Origin: an uncultured Planctomycetota bacterium
GTDB taxonomy: Bacteria; Planctomycetota; Planctomycetia; Gemmatales; Gemmataceae
Length of the DNA: 64,000 nucleotides
Assembly: GCA_963849325.1 (NCBI GenBank)
Contig: CAWKHF010000005.1
Coordinates: 864,001-928,000 of the forward strand
Direction: 5' to 3'
In this document: piece by piece, positions 22,974 to 35,621 of the stretch
Numbering within the stretch: position 1 is the first letter of the stretch
Layout of the letters: every line of letters begins with the position of its first letter
Program-made: the position numbers and the translations under genes
Notes under the pieces: model-generated
The model's database searches: none
Seen by the model: only the letters and a program-made list of their open reading frames with translations
What the model was told of the DNA's origin: nothing

Positions 22974-24147
22974 TTAGCGACGAATGCCCCGACGAGGGGG
23001 ACTTTCGTCCTCATCCTCGTCCTCGTCGTCCTCATCCTCGTCCTCGTCGTACTCTTCCTCCTCGAAGTCGCCGCGCTCGGCCAGGGCGAACTTGGCGGCC
23101 AACTCGGCGGGCTTGGCGGCGCGAAGGAGGGCCTCTTCCTTATCGACCAGCTGGTCTTTCCACAGCTTGAACAGGCTCTCGTCGAGCAGGAACATGCCGT
23201 GCTTGCGGCCAGTCTGGATGCTGGAGTCGATGCGATAGGTCTTGTTTTCGCGGATGAGGTTCTGGATGGCCGGCGTCACGACCATCATTTCGTAGGCGGC
23301 GATCACGCCCTCGGGCTTCTTCGGCAACAGCGCCTGCGACAGCACGCCGATGAGGGCCGTCGAGAGCTGCGTGCGGATCTGGTCCTGCTGCTCCTTGGGA
23401 AAAACGTCGATGATGCGGTTGATGGTGCTCGACGCCCCGCTGGTGTGCAGCGTGCCGAAGACGACGTGGCCGGTCTCGGCCGCCTCGATGGCCGCGTGGA
23501 TCGTCTCCAGGTCGCGCATTTCGCCGACGAGGATGATGTCGGGGTCCATACGCAAGGCCCGGCGAATGCCCTCCTTGAAATCCGGCACGTCCACGCCGAT
23601 CTCGCGCTGATTGACCGTGCATTTCTTGTGCTTGTGGAAATACTCGATCGGGTCTTCCAGCGTGATGATGTGGCGATCGTAATTGTCGTTGATGAAGTTG
23701 ATCATGCTGGACAGGCTGGTCGTCTTGCCCGAGCCGGTCGGTCCCGTCACCAGCAGCAGACCGCGCGGCCGAGTGATGAGGCGCTTGATGGCCTCCGGCA
23801 TGCGCAGGATTCTCGAAGGAGAGAAACTGGCTGGGGATGCGCCGCAAGACCAGGCCGATGCTGCCGCGCTGTTTGAAGACGGCGACGCGAAAACGATAGC
23901 CATCGGTGAACTCGATGGCGAAGTCCGAGCCGCCCTTCTGCTGCAACTCCTGCTGGCAGCGGTCGGGGGTAATGGACTTCATCAAGGAGGTCGTGTCGTC
24001 GCTATCCAGCGACTTGGTGTCCAGGCGGCGCATGCGGCCGCTATGGCGGATGACGGGCGGTTGTCCCACGGTGATGTGCAGATCGCTCGCCTTGAGCTGG
24101 ATGACCGTGGCCAGCAGTTTGTCAATCAGCGGCGTGGTGGCAGCCAC
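22974..24147 (-). CDS. pilT: Retraction ATPase PilT with acidic C-terminal tail; indel near 23815
   Basis: ASDLHI, GPTGSGKTT, EDPIEY, LRMDPDIILVGEMRD, AAETGH, AIQNLIRE. Confidence 0.93.
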
Positions 24148-24471
24148 AAGAACTCCTCGCCAATCAAGAGGACCATCGGTTCAGCCGAGAGGGTTCCCCG
24201 GCCGGCCTTGCGAAGCGCAAAGCGGAAGGTTCCACCCGGCGCCGGGTGGGCCTTCACAACCTCAGGCGTTGGGCGCGTGAGCTGTGAGACACAGCCGCTC
24301 AGAAATCGAGCAGGACGGGTTCAATGTCCTCACCCGCATTATCCGTTGCCGGTTGTGAAGGATCAATTCATCGCAACAAAAAAACCAATACCGAACGCCG
24401 AAGGCGAAAATCCGAAATCCTCCCTCGGAACCGCAAAGGAGGCATTCCCTCGTCTCCCTACTCCTTCCCCT

Positions 24472-24593
24472 CTCGTTCCCAAGCTCTGCTTGGGAACGCC
24501 CGGGTGCGAAGCTCTGCTTTGCGTCTCGCCCCCCCATCGCAACGGGAAGCCGAGCTTCCCGACGTGCGTTCCCAAGCGGAGCTTGGGAGCGAG
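24472..24593. repeat. Composite REP-like palindrome
   Basis: CTCGTTCCCAAGCTCTGCTTGGGAACG ... CGTTCCCAAGCGGAGCTTGGGAGCGAG with internal hairpins. Confidence 0.85.
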
Positions 24594-24639
24594 GAGGGAA
24601 GCGCCACAACCTTCCGCCTTCGGTATCCCTCGCCGGGGG

Positions 24640-26346
24640 CTAGAGGGACGATTCGTGATGGCAGGTGGACAGCACTTCCTCCAGGGTGGTCATGCCCGTA
24701 AGTGCTTTGTAGAGTCCATCTTCCAGCAAGGTACGCATACCGAGGAGCCGAGACTGACGACGGATGGTTTGCGTCGGTTCGCGTTTGAAGGTCATCTCGC
24801 GGATGGCCGAGGTCATCTTCATCATTTCAAAGATGCCCTTGCGGCCGCGATAGCCGGTGTGGTTACAGTGACTACAGCCGCGCCCGCGCATGAAGGTGGC
24901 GGTCTTGAGTTGCTCCGACGTCAGGCCAGACGCCTTGATTTCGGCGTCCGAGGGTTGGTCGGGAGCCTTGCATTTTGGGCAGATCACACGCACCAAACGC
25001 TGGGCCATAATAGCGATAACAGAGGAGGCAACGAGGAACGGTTGCACACCAATATCGACCAAACGTGTAATGGCGCTGGGCGCATCGTTCGTATGCAATG
25101 TACTGAAAACCAAGTGTCCAGTTAAAGAAGCTTGCACCGCGATTTCAGCGGTCTCATGGTCGCGGATTTCACCGACGAGGATGATGTTGGGAGCCTGCCG
25201 CAACATGGCGCGAATGATGCGCGCGAAGTCCAGTCCGATCTGATGTTTCACCTCGACCTGATTGATGCCCGGCAGATAATACTCGACCGGATCCTCGGCC
25301 GTGATGATCTTGCGATCCGGTCGATTCAGTTCGTTAAGGGCGGCGTACAGCGTCGTGGTCTTGCCCGAGCCGGTCGGTCCCGTGACCAGGAAGATGCCGT
25401 TGGGCCGTTTGATGATCGACTGGAAGCGGCGATAATCGTCCTCCGCGAACCCCAGGTCTTTAATGCTCACCTGTATACTACTGCGGTCGAGGATGCGCAT
25501 GACGCAGGTCTGCCCCATGTTGGTCGGCAGGAGGCTGACGCGCAGGTCGAAATGCTTGCCGGCGATGCTCATCTTGATGCGGCCGTCCTGCGGTCGCCGC
25601 TTCTCGGCAATGTCGATCGATCCCATGATCTTGAGACGAGACAGCATGGGGGCGAGCAAGCGCCGCGGCGGACTGTCGCGCTCGACCAACATACCGTCAA
25701 TGCGATAGCGGATGCGCACGCGGTCGGCGAACGGCTCAATGTGGATGTCGCTGGCCCGCAGGCTAACCGCCTCTTGAATGATCAAGTTACATAACTTGAC
25801 GACCGGAGCATCGCTCTCCTCGAAGGAGGTGGACGAGGTCGCCTCGGTCTCGGTGAAGTCGATGGCCGTATCGGTGAACTCGGCGAGCATGGAGTCCACC
25901 GATTCGGTTTCGGACTGCCCGTAGTGGCGGTTGATGGCCTCGATGATCTGCTCGCGCGGGGCCAGGACCGGCTGAATGTCTTTGTTCAGGATGAACTGGA
26001 GCTTCTGAACGGTGTCGAAGTCGCTGGGGTCGCTCATGATGATCTTGAGCGCTCCGTTGTCCTGGGCCAGGGGCAGGACGACGTTCTCGCGGGCCACCGA
26101 TTCGGGCACCAGTTCGACGACGGCGGGAGGGATCGTCACCTCGGTGAGGTCGATGAACTGCAAGCCGTGGAACTCGGCGATGGCCGTCATGATCTGTTCC
26201 ATCGTGGCGTATTCCAGCTTCAGCAGGGCGTCCTGGATCTTGACGCCGGTCTGCTGCTGGAGTCCCTTCGCCTCCTCCAACTGATCGGAGCTGAGGACTT
26301 GACGGCGAACGAGGATGTCCGTGAAATCGCCACGCGACTTGGCCAT
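24640..26346 (-). CDS. pilB: GspE/PilB ATPase (copy 2)
   Basis: Intact ORF from MAKSRGDF; Walker [25 protein letters not shown], Zn motif. Confidence 0.93.
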   Translation of the reverse strand: MAKSRGDFTDILVRRQVLSSDQLEEAKGLQQQTGVKIQDALLKLEYATMEQIMTAIAEFHGLQFIDLTEVTIPPAVVELVPESVARENVVLPLAQDNGALKIIMSDPSDFDTVQKLQFILNKDIQPVLAPREQIIEAINRHYGQSETESVDSMLAEFTDTAIDFTETEATSSTSFEESDAPVVKLCNLIIQEAVSLRASDIHIEPFADRVRIRYRIDGMLVERDSPPRRLLAPMLSRLKIMGSIDIAEKRRPQDGRIKMSIAGKHFDLRVSLLPTNMGQTCVMRILDRSSIQVSIKDLGFAEDDYRRFQSIIKRPNGIFLVTGPTGSGKTTTLYAALNELNRPDRKIITAEDPVEYYLPGINQVEVKHQIGLDFARIIRAMLRQAPNIILVGEIRDHETAEIAVQASLTGHLVFSTLHTNDAPSAITRLVDIGVQPFLVASSVIAIMAQRLVRVICPKCKAPDQPSDAEIKASGLTSEQLKTATFMRGRGCSHCNHTGYRGRKGIFEMMKMTSAIREMTFKREPTQTIRRQSRLLGMRTLLEDGLYKALTGMTTLEEVLSTCHHESSL

Positions 26347-26662
26347 GTGTACAAACTCCAGGAAGTACGGACCCGGGGAGCGCGGAGGAAACCGTCTCGG
26401 TTCATTCGGAGACCCACACGACCGTGTGGGAGCTACACGTCCGCGATCGGCAAGACTTGTCCAGCCTTTCGCAAGGCAACGGAACAGGTTGTTGTTATTC
26501 AGAATACGCCTCCCGCGCCAGTCCTTCAAGAGAAAAGCACCTCGGCTGGCGCGGATTCGTGCCGCACAGATTGTCGCCGTGCGGGAATAAACGCTCGGCT
26601 CTCGGATCGAAGGAAATAGGTAGTGGCCGCTAACTTCTGCTGGCGTTCCGAGGAGAGCAGTC

Positions 26663-27064
26663 ATGGGATACGGCCTGCTCGCGGACGGGATCGTGGCGCT
26701 TCACGTCGCTTATGTGAGTTACGTCGTGCTGGGTCAGCTGGCGATCTGGCTGGGGCTGGCCTTGGGATGGCGCTGGGTCCGCAACAGGTGGTTCCGCTGG
26801 ACGCACTTGCTCATGATCGCGATCGTGGCCGGGGAGGCGATCCTGGGTATCGAGTGCCCCCTGACGCGCTGGGAGAGAAACCTGCGCGAGTTGGCTGGGC
26901 AGGCGACGAGCGGTGAATCGTTCGTCGGCCGGTTGCTCCACGAGCTGATCTTTGTGAGCTGGCCGCCGTGGGTCGTGAATGGCCTTCACGTCGTCTTCGC
27001 CCTGGTGGTGCTGGGCACTTTCGTTCTGGCCCCGCCGCGCGGGATGGGCGAACGGCCGGCGTAA
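26663..27064 (+). CDS. DUF2784 family membrane protein
   Basis: LADGIVALH...H......CPLT.WE..LR. Confidence 0.85.
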   Translation: MGYGLLADGIVALHVAYVSYVVLGQLAIWLGLALGWRWVRNRWFRWTHLLMIAIVAGEAILGIECPLTRWERNLRELAGQATSGESFVGRLLHELIFVSWPPWVVNGLHVVFALVVLGTFVLAPPRGMGERPA

Positions 27065-27111
27065 GCCGGCTGGTGCGGTCCAAACCAGCCGGCTTACGCC
27101 GGCCGTTCGCC
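27047..27111. repeat. REP-like palindrome, family C (more copies at 56205-56322)
   Basis: GGCGAACGGCCGGCGTAAGCCGGCTGGT and its reverse complement; supplies the stop codon of the upstream gene. Confidence 0.9.
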
Positions 27112-27118
27112 TCAACGA

Positions 27119-30075
27119 TTACTTGCGCGTTTCGGCCTCCGGCGCGGCCGGGAAGGCGGCGCCGACTTCAAAGCCACCGCCGGCCATCGGCTGCACGCGA
27201 ATGATGCGAGCGAGGACGGCGAAGCAGGACACCGTCGCCGACTTGTGCCAGTGCAGGTAGGCTTGCTCGGTGCGCGGCGCCTTGGGGACGCGGAAGCTGA
27301 CGCCGCCCAGCGAGATGTTGCGGCTAATGCCGTCGAGCACTTCGTCCAGCTCCAGGTCGGTTCGGACGGGATAAACGTGCAGCGGCTGAGGACAGGGCCA
27401 ACGATCCGCCGAGCGCTGCTCCGGTCCGGCTTGCAGGTAGCGGCGCATGCTGTCGAACAGGCGCGGGGCCAGTTCCGGCAAGAAGCGCGCGATCCGCTCG
27501 CGGTCGCCGCCCGCCGGGCGGACGCGCATGCGCGCCTCGGCGAAATGCTTGGCGGAGCTCGATCGTCGATTGCACGTCCAGCTCGAACGCCAGGCGGACC
27601 AGGGCGATGGGTTCGCGGTCGCCCGCTCCCGGTCGCGGCGGCGGCTGCACGTCCAGGTGGAAGACGAACGAGTCGCCCTTCTCGCGGACGGTTCGCGCCT
27701 GCCATTCGCCCTTGAAGCCGGCGACCTTCAACGGCAGCGTGCCGGCGAAAAGCTGGATAGGGCATTTGCACTCCCAGACCTCGCTGGACTGCAACACGTA
27801 GCGGACGTTCTGCGGCCCGAGGATGATGCGCGGCGGCGCGGACGAGGCCAGGTTGGGCATGGCCAGGGCGATGGCGATCTGGTTGAGGGGCGGCAGAATG
27901 ATGTCCTTGGACGGCGGCTCCCCTTGCAGGCTGGAGAAGGGAATGACCGCCGGCAGGTCGTAATACAGGTTGCCGCGCCGCGTATTCTGATCGCCGGCCT
28001 TCTCCAAGGCCGCGATCAGCTCCGTGCAGCTGGCGAAGCGCTGTTCGGGATCGTCGCGCAGCGCCCGCTGGAGGATGTCGCGGTCGCAGGCCGGCAGCAG
28101 ATCCAGGTCCAGGCGCGGCTGACCGCGTATCGGAATCAGTCCGGAATCGCCGCGACGCCCCTTGCGCACGCCGGCGGGACGGCGCGAGGAGGCGGCGGCG
28201 GAACGCGGCACCTGCGGCGGGATGCCGTTGAGCATCTCGGCATAGATCAGCGCCAGGCTATACTGGTCGGCGGCGGAGCCGGCCCGACCCATCAGCGCCG
28301 CCCACGCCGCGTCGCCCGGCGGAATGCCTTTCAAGTCCGGCTTGTCGAACAGCTCCGGCGCGGAATAGCGCCCGTTCACGCTGGCCGCCCTCTGTCCGGT
28401 CGGCAGCCAGACCAGCGGCACCAGGCCGAAATCCGTCAGATAGATCGCTTCCTGGTGGAGCATGAGCGCGCGCGGGTTCAGTCCCAGGTGCGGAAGGCTG
28501 TGCTGTCCGTACAGCGCATCCAGTGCCTCGGCCACGGTGCGGAGGAAGGCCAGCAGTTCGTCGCGCGGGATGCCGGGTAGTCCCTGTTTCTGGCACACTT
28601 CCAGGCGTTCGCGCAGGCTCTGCTCGAACTCCTCCGTGACGAGCACCAGGCGGCCGGCCGGACTCCAGGATACCTCGGTGGCCGGCAAGGCCGGATGGTT
28701 GAAGCCCTGCAAGCGTTCGATCAGGATGGGATCTTGTTCGACGAAGCTGTACAGGCACAGGGCGGCGCGGACGGCCCTGCTCGTCCTCGGCTTTCCAGAC
28801 GTCGCCGAGCGGCGTCTGGTTGATGCACTGGAGGAAACGATAGCCGGGCAGCGAAACGCAGGTCGGCGCCAGCCCCATCGGCCCCATTCGGCCCCGCGGT
28901 ATCGAAGGCGGCGCCGCGTCCGGCGCCAGGGCCGGGCGGAGCACCGTCTCCAGTCCGCGGCCGGGTAGCAGCAGCTTGTTGTCCGGGTTGGTCTGCATCA
29001 TGGCCGGCGTCGGCTCGGCCGGCGGACTCGCCCCCGCGTCTTCCGCCGGGCTGGCCGAATGGCCGGCCTTTTCCTCGGACGGATGGGCCGACACGATTTT
29101 TTTGACGGTCATGGCCCGCCGCGGCAGATCGCGCCGCGTGCCTTCCTGTCCGCCGCAGATCAGCGCTTGCAGAAAGTCCAGGCACGAGGGGAAACGCTCT
29201 TCGGGGCTTTTGGCCAGGGCGCGGCCAAGTACCGGCCGGTCCTCCGGCGACAGCGGCGCCAGGTTCGGCTCGGCCGTCAGGTGCAGCATCATCAGCTGAT
29301 ACATGTTCTGGCACCAGAACGGCACCGTGCCGGTGAGCAGCTGTTGATAGACGATGGCCAGGCTGTACTGATCGCAATGACGGCTGACGGTCCCGCGCAG
29401 CAGTTCCGGCGCCGCGTACAACGGCGTCATGCCGCCCTGCCGATGCGAGGGATGGCTGCGGTCCACCTCGCTGAGCCGATCCACCAGGCCGAAGTCGGCC
29501 ACCTTCAAGTGATTGCTGACCAAAAACAGGTTGTGCGGTTTGATGTCGAGATGTTGCAGGCCGTGGCCGAAGTTCATCCAGTCCAGCGCCTCGGCCGCTT
29601 CCAGCAGGTAGCCCAGCAGCTCTTCGCGCGGGATGCCCGCCTGGTTCTGGCCCTGGTAATCGCCCAGCAGGCCGTACAGGCTCTTGTCGGCCAGCTCCAT
29701 GACGATGACGAGAACGCCGTCCACGACCTCGACGCGGTCCAGCGACAGGATGAAGGGATGGCGGATGGTTTTGACCAGCTGCAGGGCTTCGCGTTCCTGG
29801 TTGGCCGGTCCGTCCTTCTCGTCCTGGTTGGGCACGAACTTGACGGCCTTGTACAGGCCGCCGGGCGCCTCGCACTTCCAGACTTCGCCGAAGCCGCCGC
29901 GACCCAACGGTTCGATCAAGCGATAACCGGGGATCGGCTGGGCGCCCGTTTCGCGGGCCCAGGTCGGCAGTTTCGAGGCAACGGGGACTGCTTGCTCCAC
30001 GGCATTTACCTTTGCCAGGGTACGGGAGGAGAGCGGCAGCGGCTTGCCCGAACGTCCTTTTCCTTCCTCCAGCAT
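27119..30075 (-). CDS. Ser/Thr kinase-pseudokinase-PilZ-like multidomain protein, split by indels near 28765 and 27560
   Basis: GRGGFGEV/HLDIKPHN/DFG in domain 1; HLGLNP/DFG in domain 2; C-terminal RSADR...NISLGG. Confidence 0.8.
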
Positions 30076-30141
30076 CCCAAGGTTAGTTCACAGGATGAAC
30101 GCGGTCCAATCCGGGTCCGAGAATGAGGAAGGGAACGCACC

Positions 30142-30178
30142 GTCCGAGCCTGAAGCGTAAGCGAAGAGCGTCCTTCGC

Positions 30179-30197
<19 letters not shown>
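30142..30197. repeat. REP-like palindrome, family A copy 2
   Basis: Same arms as 3561-3622; encodes the kinase C-terminus SEPEA*. Confidence 0.9.
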
Positions 30198-31880
<1,683 letters not shown>

Positions 31881-31884
<4 letters not shown>

Positions 31885-32495
31885 GGTGTCAGTACGGCCC
31901 GCAGGCGGCGCACGGCCCGCAGATAGCGCATGGAGGCGGCCGCTTCACTCAGCCCCAGGGCGGCGGCAACGTCCTGGTTGGACAGCTGTTCGCGGTGTCT
32001 CAGCAAAATGATTTCACGGTCGTCCTCGTCCAGCTCGGTGATGGCCGCATCGAGGCGGCGCTGCAGCTCGCGGCGGATGGCCTCCGTCGCCGGCGTCAGC
32101 TCCGGGTCAACCAGCTGGCCGGCCAATTCGTAGGACGAATGGTCGGCCAGCACGGCGGGGACGATTGGTTGCTCGCGGTCCAGGCTGCGCCGCTGCGCCT
32201 GGCGATGGCGGCGGTGGGCGTCGATGATGTGGTCCTTGGCGATGTGCCGCAGCCAGAGGGGGAAAGGCATGGCTGGGTTTTTCAGATAATCCGGCAGACG
32301 CCGATGTGCCTCGATAAGGACGTCCTGAACGATGTCGCTGGCATCGACGCGGGCGGCCAGCGCCGGATCCAGGCGCACGCCGATCAGGCGGCGCAGCGGC
32401 TCGCGGTGCGCCGTCAGCAGACGCTCGACGGCCGTCGCCTCTCCTCGGCGCGCCTCTTCGAGTAACCGATCGGTTTCCGGCTGTTGGGGCCACAT
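31881..32495 (-). CDS. ECF sigma-70 factor (planctomycete type)
   Basis: RVDASDIVQD, WLR.IA, DREIILLRH.EQLSNQDVA, SMRYLRA. Confidence 0.92.
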
Positions 32496-32530
32496 GGGAT
32501 CGTTCCGGTTATCGGGGTTGCAACCCATCG

Positions 32531-32585
32531 GAGCCGCGACCGTAAGGGAGCGGTGCTTTCTCCCGCTCCCTTACGGTCGCGGCTC
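32531..32585. repeat. REP-like palindrome, family D (related copy at 54987-55043)
   Basis: GAGCCGCGACCGTAAGGGAGCGG...CCGCTCCCTTACGGTCGCGGCTC. Confidence 0.9.
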
Positions 32586-32591
32586 GGTTTG

Positions 32592-34398
32592 CTAAAGCCC
32601 CAGCTCTTTCAGCTGTTTGGCATCGACCGGGGCCGTGCGTCCGGTCATCAAATCGCGCGCCTTCTGGTTCTTGGGAAAGGCGATGACATCGCGGATGTTG
32701 CTGGTGCCGGCCAGGATCATGCTCAGACGATCCAGGCCCAGGGCGATGCCGCCGTGCGGCGGTGCGCCGAACTTCAAGGCGTCGAGCAGGAAGCCGAAAC
32801 GCTGCCGGGCCTGCTCCGGCGACATGCCGAGCCGGGCGAACATCCGCGACTGCACCTCCGGGCTGTGGATACGGATGCTGCCGCCACCCACCTCGTAACC
32901 GTTGATGACCAGGTCGTAGGCCTTGGCGCGCACCTTCGCCGGTTCGCTCTCCAGCAGGGCCAGATCCTCGTTGCGCGGCGCGGTGAACGGATGGTGGTTG
33001 GCCGCCCAGCGCTTCTCCTCCTCGTCCCAGATGAAGGAAGGAAAATCAACGACCCAGGCGATCCGAAAATCGCGGCGGGTTGCATCCACCAGGCCGAGCG
33101 TCGTCGCCAGGTGGACCCGCAGGGCGCCCAGACACTGACAAACCACGTCCTCCTTGTCGGCGACGATCAGAAGCAGGTCGCCGGCTTCGGCGGACAGCCG
33201 CTGGCGCAGCGCCGGTTGCATCGCGGCTGGCAGAAACTTCTCAATGGGCGACGTCAGCTTCTCGGCCTCGACCTTGATCCAGGCCAGTCCCTTCGCCCCC
33301 AATCGGCCGACGTATTCGGCCAGCTGGTCCAGTCCCTTGCGCGAGAACTTCTCCGCTCCGCCGCGGACGTTCAGACCGCGCACCTTGCCGCCGGAAGCGA
33401 TGACGTCCTGAAACACCTTGAACTGCGTCTGCCCGGCCAGGTCGGTCAACTCGGCGATCTCCAGGCCGAAGCGCAGGTCCGGCTTGTCGCTGCCGTATTT
33501 GAGCATGACCTCTTCATAGCCCAGGCGCGGCACCGGCAGCTCGATCGTCACACCGAGGCACTTGTCGAAGACTTCCGCAATCAGCCCCTCCGTGACCTTC
33601 AGCACGTCGTCGATCTCGACGAACGCCATCTCCAGGTCGAGCTGCGTGAACTCGGGTTGACGGTCGGCGCGGAGGTCCTCGTCGCGCAGGCAGCGCGCGA
33701 TCTGAAAGTATTTGTCGTAGCCGGCCACCATGAGGAGCTGCTTGTACAGCTGCGGCGACTGCGGCAGGGCGTACCAATAGGGCCGGCCGGTCTTCTCGTC
33801 ACTCCAGACGCGGCTGGGCACGAGATAATCGCGGCGCCCCCTCCGGTGTACTGCGGCCCAGCAACGGCGTCTCCAATTCCAGGAAGCCGCGGGCGTCGAG
33901 GTAATCGCGGATGACCTTGTTGAGCCGATGGCGCAGGGCCAACGTGCGCTGCAAGCTCGGACGGCGCAGGTCGAGATAACGATACTCCAGGCGCAGGTCC
34001 TCGCCGGCCAGTTCCGGATCGCCCAGGCCGCTCTCCAGCGGCACGGACATGACCGTGAACTTCGGCGTCGGGCAGCGGTTGAGGACGTGCATCGACTGGG
34101 CCACCACCTCGATGTCTCCCGTCGCCAGCTTGGCGTTGTGCTTGCCCGGCAAGCGCTCGCGGACCAATCCTCGCACGGACAGCACCCACTCGTCGCGGAC
34201 CTCCTGGGCGACGGTGAACAATTCGGGATGATCGGACTCCAGGACAACCTGCGTCAAGCCATAGCGGTCGCGGAGATCGACGAAGACCTGGTCCGGATAG
34301 GCGCGATAGCTGTTCACCCAGCCGTTGAGGACGACGGTTTGCCCGACGTGCGTGGGCCGCAATTCGCCGCAGGTGTGTGTCCGCTGCCACTCCGCCAT
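32592..34398 (-). CDS. aspS: Aspartate-tRNA ligase; indel near 33835
   Basis: RTHTCGELR, STPEGA, ALPQSPQLYKQLLM, RDEDLRADRQPEFTQ, GAPPHGGIALGLDR. Confidence 0.97.
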
Positions 34399-34463
34399 GT
34401 GCTTTTCCCTTGGTTTCGTTTCGTTTCGAGCCGCTTGCGGCTTGGAAGCTCTCCCAAGAAGAA

Positions 34464-34567
34464 CCTCACGCAAAGGCGCAAAGAACGCAAAGGAATAGAG
34501 AATAAAGATCCAAGTCACTCACGCCTATTGTTGTCTTTCTTTGCGTTCTTTGCGCCTTTGCGTGAGG
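34464..34567. repeat. Inverted repeat with arms built from CGCAAAG 8/9-mer units and an AT-rich 46-bp spacer
   Basis: 29-bp perfect arms CCTCACGCAAAGGCGCAAAGAACGCAAAG at 34464-34492 and 34539-34567. Confidence 0.92.
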
Positions 34568-34594
34568 ATTTTGGTTAGAGGCTCTTAACCGATG

Positions 34595-35446
34595 TTATTC
34601 GGCCGTTCGCCGCATCAGCGTGCCGCGCTCGGGGTCTTCGCTGTACGCGCCGCGTTCGAGGGCGGAGACGAAGTTCGCGACCCAGGCCGACAGCGACGGG
34701 GCGGCGACGGGATGATCGGATCGTCCGCGCCAGCACTCGCGCACGGGACAGCCGGGCGAAGCGAGGTCCAGGCACAGGTAATTGCCGTTGTCGTCGTCGA
34801 GGAAAGGAGTCCAGGACGATTGCCAGCCCTCGTGCGGCTGAGCGTCGAGTTCCTTCTTGGCATCGGCGATTTCTCGGGCGCCCATGAGGTTCCAGCTCTG
34901 CTCGAAGGCGCCGGGGACGTCGGCGTTCTGGCCGTTGTGCCAGCTCAGCCAGGTCCGCAACTCCTCCGGCAGCGGCCGACCCAGCGCCGCGGCCAGGGCG
35001 TCGAGCTTGGCCATGTCGGCGCCCGGCTGCAGCGCCTGCCGGAAACGCGCCCGGTGGGTGCTCAGCCACTCATCGAGGCGAGTCAGCAGGTCGTTCAGAT
35101 TGTGCCCCGACGGCGCCGGCGGGACGGTCGATGTCGCGGGGGCCGCGGCCGGAGGCGGCGCGGCCGCGGGGGCGGATTCAGCTGGCTCCGCGGGACTCTC
35201 CTTCGGTTTGGGTCCGCCGGCGTGGATCGCCTTAAGGGCTTGCTGAATCTGCTCCGTCGCCGGCCCTGGCTCCGCGGCGCCGGCCACGCAGGCACAGACC
35301 CAGGACTCCCAGCTCATGGTGTGCGGCGGCCGACGACCGCCCACCGGACGGACGGACAGTCCCTCCTTGCTCAGGGTGACGGCCAACCGTTCGCCGCCGA
35401 CTTCGATCTCGCGCGTCAAGCTCCGGGTGAACTGCTGCATGACCAA
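34595..35446 (-). CDS. SMI1/KNR4 family protein with an extra N-terminal domain
   Basis: LQPGA...L.ALAAALGRPLPEELRTWLSWHNGQ...WTPFLDDDNGNYLCLDL. Confidence 0.85.
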   Translation of the reverse strand: MVMQQFTRSLTREIEVGGERLAVTLSKEGLSVRPVGGRRPPHTMSWESWVCACVAGAAEPGPATEQIQQALKAIHAGGPKPKESPAEPAESAPAAAPPPAAAPATSTVPPAPSGHNLNDLLTRLDEWLSTHRARFRQALQPGADMAKLDALAAALGRPLPEELRTWLSWHNGQNADVPGAFEQSWNLMGAREIADAKKELDAQPHEGWQSSWTPFLDDDNGNYLCLDLASPGCPVRECWRGRSDHPVAAPSLSAWVANFVSALERGAYSEDPERGTLMRRTAE

Positions 35447-35621
35447 CGCTCCCCACTCGGATAGATGATGGAGGATTGAAGACAGGTTTGGAGAATCCTC
35501 AATCCTCCATCCTCAATCTCTTCCCTGGCATCCTACCGCCGGCGCCCCGGCGTGGACAGGCTTGCGCCGCCGCGGTACAACGATCCTCGGTCGTCGCCCG
35601 TGGTCGGGAGAGGAGGAACGG

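Noticed and set aside
24150-24470. Riboswitch (e.g. c-di-GMP) in the pilB-pilT intergenic region
   Set aside because: Hairpins are present, but I could not identify the conserved riboswitch motifs; an Rfam scan would be needed.
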